64,000 nt of DNA, taken from positions 324,572 to 388,571 of the forward strand of contig CAVWAC010000003.1 in NCBI GenBank assembly GCA_963752905.1. Reading direction: 5' to 3'. The DNA is from an uncultured Solirubrobacterales bacterium (GTDB taxonomy: Bacteria > Actinomycetota > Thermoleophilia > Solirubrobacterales > Solirubrobacteraceae). Below the pieces are notes generated by a model. That model was not told the DNA's origin and did no database searches. It saw nothing but the letters and a program-made list of their open reading frames with translations. Below, piece by piece: positions 60,592 to 64,000 of this stretch (positions within the stretch are counted from its first letter, which is position 1; each line of letters begins with the position of its first letter). The position numbers were made by a program, and so were the translations under genes.

Positions 60592-61019
60592 AGCGCGGGC
60601 TGGTGGCCCTGGTCCTGACCGCCGCAGCGGTGGCCGCGCTCGCGCGCTTCCACACCCATCCCCCGCGGACGCTCAACCTGCGCGCCGCGCAGCCGGACCG
60701 CCCAGCCGTGCGAGCGGCGGCCAGCCGGGCGCGGCCCGGCGTGCGCACGGCCACCGGGCCACCGATGATGACGCCGTTCTCGCTTGTGCAGGTCCGCGTG
60801 ACGCTCACCGACGGGCGTCTCACGGGCGTGGAGACCGTGGCGCTGACGGGCGATGGGCCTCACACCGAGGCGCTGAACGCGCGCGCCGAGCCGATCCTGC
60901 GCCGCGAGGCCCTGCGCGCCCGCAGCGCGCACATCGACACGGTAAGCGGCGCGACGTATACCAGCCGCGTCTGGATCCAATCGCTGCGCGCGGCCATCGA
61001 GGCGGCCCGCCGTGGCTGA
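60588..61019 (+). CDS. Extracytosolic FMN-binding (flavinylated) protein
   Basis: Signal/anchor, VQVRVT, DTVSGATYTS flavinylation motif. Confidence 0.88.
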   Translation: MKRGLVALVLTAAAVAALARFHTHPPRTLNLRAAQPDRPAVRAAASRARPGVRTATGPPMMTPFSLVQVRVTLTDGRLTGVETVALTGDGPHTEALNARAEPILRREALRARSAHIDTVSGATYTSRVWIQSLRAAIEAARRG

Positions 61020-61737
61020 GCGCCGCACCGAGCATCTCATGGGCACGGCGGTCACGGTCGAGATCCGCGATCGGGTCGTCCCCTACCGGGCCCTCGAGCA
61101 CGCGTTCGCCTGGCTGAGATGGGTCGATCGGGGGTTCAGCACCTACGACGCGGCCAGCGACGTCAGCCGGCTCAACGCCGGAGAGATCGGCCTGACCGAC
61201 ACGCACCCCCTCGTTCGGAAGGTGCTTGCATACTGCGACGTCTTGCGAGCCGGGACCGATGGGTACTTCGACGCGCACGCTCCCCTGCCCGGCGGCGTCG
61301 ACCCGTCGGGCCTCGTCAAGGGATGGGCGGTGGACGTGGCATTCGCGGGACTTCGCCGCGCCGGCGCCCAGCAGCTGTGCATCGAGGCGGGCGGTGATGT
61401 GCGGGTGGCCGGCGGACCCTGGCGCGTGGGCATCCGCCATCCGCGCCAGCGCGACCAGCTCGCGGCGGTGGTCGTGCTCCGCAGCGGCGCTGTGGCCACC
61501 TCGGGCGCCTACGAGCGCGGGGCCCACGTGGTCGATCCGCACACCGGGCGGCCACCGGTCGGAACGGTGAGCGTGACGATGATCGACCAGACGCTCGCGC
61601 GGGCGGACGCTCACGCCACGGCGGCGTTCGCCATGGGATCCCGCGGGCCGGCGTGGTCAGCCGGGCTGACCGCCATGACCATCCTCACCGACGACCAGGT
61701 GCTGCTGACGCCGACCTTCTGCGACCTGCGGGCTTGA
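61012..61737 (+). CDS. apbE: FAD:protein FMN transferase
   Basis: MGT, FSTY…S…SRLN, DPSGLVKGW, AGGD, ATSG…H..DP, ADAHATA. Confidence 0.9.
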   Translation: MAERRTEHLMGTAVTVEIRDRVVPYRALEHAFAWLRWVDRGFSTYDAASDVSRLNAGEIGLTDTHPLVRKVLAYCDVLRAGTDGYFDAHAPLPGGVDPSGLVKGWAVDVAFAGLRRAGAQQLCIEAGGDVRVAGGPWRVGIRHPRQRDQLAAVVVLRSGAVATSGAYERGAHVVDPHTGRPPVGTVSVTMIDQTLARADAHATAAFAMGSRGPAWSAGLTAMTILTDDQVLLTPTFCDLRA

Positions 61738-61740
61738 GCC

Positions 61741-62520
61741 TCATCGGCGATAGCCGCCCTCGGCGTTGATGACCTGGCCCGTGATCCACGCGCTGTCCGC
61801 ACCGGCGAGCCAGGTCACGACTGCCGCGATGTCAGCGGGCGTGCCCCAGCGCCCGACGGGAAACGCGTTGCGCAACGCCTCGCGATCCGCGTCCGAGGCC
61901 CATCCGGTGTCGACCGGGCCGGGATTGATCGCGTTCACCGTGATCCCGCGGTCCGCGAGCGCGTCGGCGAGCGACCAGGTCATCTGATGTACCGCTCCCT
62001 TGCTGATCGCGTAGGGCAGCTCGCTCGCCATGGGCCCCAAGTGCTGCCCGGAGGTGAACAGCACCACCCGGCCGTCGCGGCGCGAGTCATCGTGCCGGTC
62101 GGCATAGGCTTGGACCAGTAGGACGACGGCTCGAGCATTGACCGCCCAGGCCAGATCCAGATCGGGTGCCGTGACCGAAGGCAGGCTTCCCGGGGCCGAT
62201 CGAGCGTGGTTCGCCACCAGGACGTCGACCGCTCCGAGCTGTTCGACGGCGAAGTCGACGACACTGCGCGGAGCTTCGGGATCGGCGAAGTCAGCCTCGA
62301 TGCTCCTGAGTCGATCGCTCTCGCCTCCGAGGGCCTCGACCACCGCTTGCACACCGGCCGGATCGGGTCCCCATGGCTGCTCGGCGTCGTGCGGCGCCCA
62401 GGACTGTACGACAACGCTGGCGCCTTCAGCGAGCATGCGCTGAGCTATGGCAAAGCCGATTCCCGCCTGCCTGCTCACGCCGGTGATGAGCGCAATTCGC
62501 CCTGTCAGACGTGCGAGCAT
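61741..62520 (-). CDS. SDR family oxidoreductase
   Basis: TGVSRQAGIG, LVANHA, YAISK, NPGPVDTG. Confidence 0.9.
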   Translation of the reverse strand: MLARLTGRIALITGVSRQAGIGFAIAQRMLAEGASVVVQSWAPHDAEQPWGPDPAGVQAVVEALGGESDRLRSIEADFADPEAPRSVVDFAVEQLGAVDVLVANHARSAPGSLPSVTAPDLDLAWAVNARAVVLLVQAYADRHDDSRRDGRVVLFTSGQHLGPMASELPYAISKGAVHQMTWSLADALADRGITVNAINPGPVDTGWASDADREALRNAFPVGRWGTPADIAAVVTWLAGADSAWITGQVINAEGGYRR

Positions 62521-62600
62521 CGACGACTTCTATCGCACCTCGAGCTCCACGCATGTCGACAGCGAACAGGCGCGAGGGTCCCGGGTAGAAGGTACGGGTC

Positions 62601-63788
62601 TTGAACGGTCCGGACCGCCATGCCATCGACGCGGCGACGCGCGCCACGTATGCGGCTTTTGTCGGCATGGGCTTTGCCGTCGCGAGCTGGGCGTCGCGGA
62701 TCCCCCAGGTCAGGCAGCAGCTCAATCTGGATTCGTCGGAGCTCGGCTTGGTCCTATTGGCGATGGCCGCCGGATCGGTAATCGCGCTGCCGTTATCGGG
62801 CCCCGTGGTTACCCGATTTGGCGCGCGCGCCGTCGTCTCGCGCATGGCGACCGTCGCCGGCGCGGGTCTGGTCGTGATCGCGTTCGGCTGCCGCATCGGC
62901 GTGGCCCCGGTGCTTGTGGGCCTGTTCGCGCTGGGAGTCGGGACGGGCAGCTGGGATGTCGCGATGAACGTGCACGGTGCGGCCGTCGAACGGCGTCGCG
63001 CCCGCGCGATCATGCCGCGCTTTCACGCCGGGTTCAGCATCGGGACGGTCGCCGGAGCGCTGGGCGGCGCCGCGATGCTCGCGCTTGGCGTGTCGGTGAC
63101 CGCGCACCTGGCCATCGTCGGCCTGGCGGTCGCGAGCGGCGTGCCGATGGCCGTACGGCCCTTCATTGATGATCATGGCGATGCTAACCCTGGGCGTCTG
63201 TCCTCAGGCGCGGGAGCCGCTCGCAGGTCACTAAGAGCCTGGCGCGAGACGCGCACCGTGCTGATCGGCGTGTTTGTGCTCGCGCTGGCGTTTGCTGAAG
63301 GGTCTGGCAACGACTGGATCAGCCTGGCCATGATCGACGGTCACGGGGCGCGACCCGTGGTGGGAACGCTTGCGCTCGCCGTCTTCCTGGCCGCAATGAC
63401 AGCCGGGCGCTGGTGCGGTCCACGACTTCTCGACGAGCACGGACGGGTACCGGTGCTGCATGCGACCCTGATCCTGGCGATCGCCGGACTCGTCATGTTT
63501 ACCCTCGGGTCCGGCATCGAGGTCGCGTTCGTAGGCACAGTGCTGTGGGGCGCAGGAATCTCACTTGGGTTTCCAGTAGGCATGAGCGCCGGCGCCGACG
63601 ACCCGTCATTGGCCGCGGCTCGAGTGAGCGTCATCTCGTCAATCGGCTATTGCGCCTTCGTCGCCGGACCACCCCTGCTCGGACTTCTCGCTCAGCGCTA
63701 CACGTTGCTGCACGCGCTTACCGTGGTCATCGCGCTTCTTGTCCTCGCCGGCGCCATCGCGGGCGCCCTACGCCGTCCCGCGTGCTGA
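62601..63788 (+). CDS. MFS transporter (YbjJ-like)
   Basis: SWASRIP, DVAMNVHG, AFAEGSGNDW, IGYCAFVAGP; 12-TM pattern. Confidence 0.88.
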   Translation: MNGPDRHAIDAATRATYAAFVGMGFAVASWASRIPQVRQQLNLDSSELGLVLLAMAAGSVIALPLSGPVVTRFGARAVVSRMATVAGAGLVVIAFGCRIGVAPVLVGLFALGVGTGSWDVAMNVHGAAVERRRARAIMPRFHAGFSIGTVAGALGGAAMLALGVSVTAHLAIVGLAVASGVPMAVRPFIDDHGDANPGRLSSGAGAARRSLRAWRETRTVLIGVFVLALAFAEGSGNDWISLAMIDGHGARPVVGTLALAVFLAAMTAGRWCGPRLLDEHGRVPVLHATLILAIAGLVMFTLGSGIEVAFVGTVLWGAGISLGFPVGMSAGADDPSLAAARVSVISSIGYCAFVAGPPLLGLLAQRYTLLHALTVVIALLVLAGAIAGALRRPAC

Positions 63789-64000
63789 AACGATGAGCGC
63801 CGGTCACTGGCGGATCATCCTCCCGCCGCTCGAGGGAACGCCGGGGATCGTGCGCAAGCACGTCGACAAACTGAGCGCTTGGATCTCACGCGATCGGAGC
63901 GGCATCAGGTTGCAGAGCCGGCGTCTGTGGCGCCGGTGGCCGTGCGGGAGGCGCCTGGTTATCGCCTGGGTCATCTGGAGCTCGCACCCACGCAACGATC

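Noticed and set aside
63793-64000. ORF starting after the MFS gene and running off the window, and the minus-strand ORF 63804-63995
   Set aside because: No recognisable motif or convincing start signal; cannot be judged without downstream sequence

Overview
High-GC actinobacterial chromosome segment. The Ig-like 'WERC...GAT...TY' module, F420-type oxidoreductases, DivIVA, a PASTA kinase and many leaderless promoters suggest Thermoleophilia/Solirubrobacterales; this placement is an inference. It holds about 55 CDSs. These are mostly lipid and redox enzymes (paired ACADs, acyl-CoA ligase, SDRs, MDRs, GMC, LLM, nitroreductase), secreted carbohydrate-active or unknown proteins, and a two-component system with an MMPL transporter. 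Also present are a sugar ABC transporter with alpha-glucan hydrolases, a stand-alone LigD-type polymerase, a class II DAHP synthase and a ferric reductase/FMN-binding/ApbE module. I found no tRNA, rRNA, CRISPR array, cas gene, transposase or integrase. The strongest hidden signal is a minus-strand transcription unit at about 32.42-31.66 kb that the ORF track only partly shows. It has a canonical promoter, an SD, a 44-aa leader peptide, a perfect 10-bp antiterminator competing with an intrinsic terminator, further hairpins and short uORFs, and then an 85-aa protein of unknown function. This looks like a ribosome-coupled attenuator. Other notable signals are a two-copy 55-nt covarying hairpin repeat, an aldo/keto reductase stump cut exactly at the stop codon of a novel clan-A glycoside hydrolase, one in-frame TAG splitting a secreted protein, a probable ATC start codon and an unlisted 54-aa membrane protein. 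All assignments come from reading motifs by eye; no searches were run.
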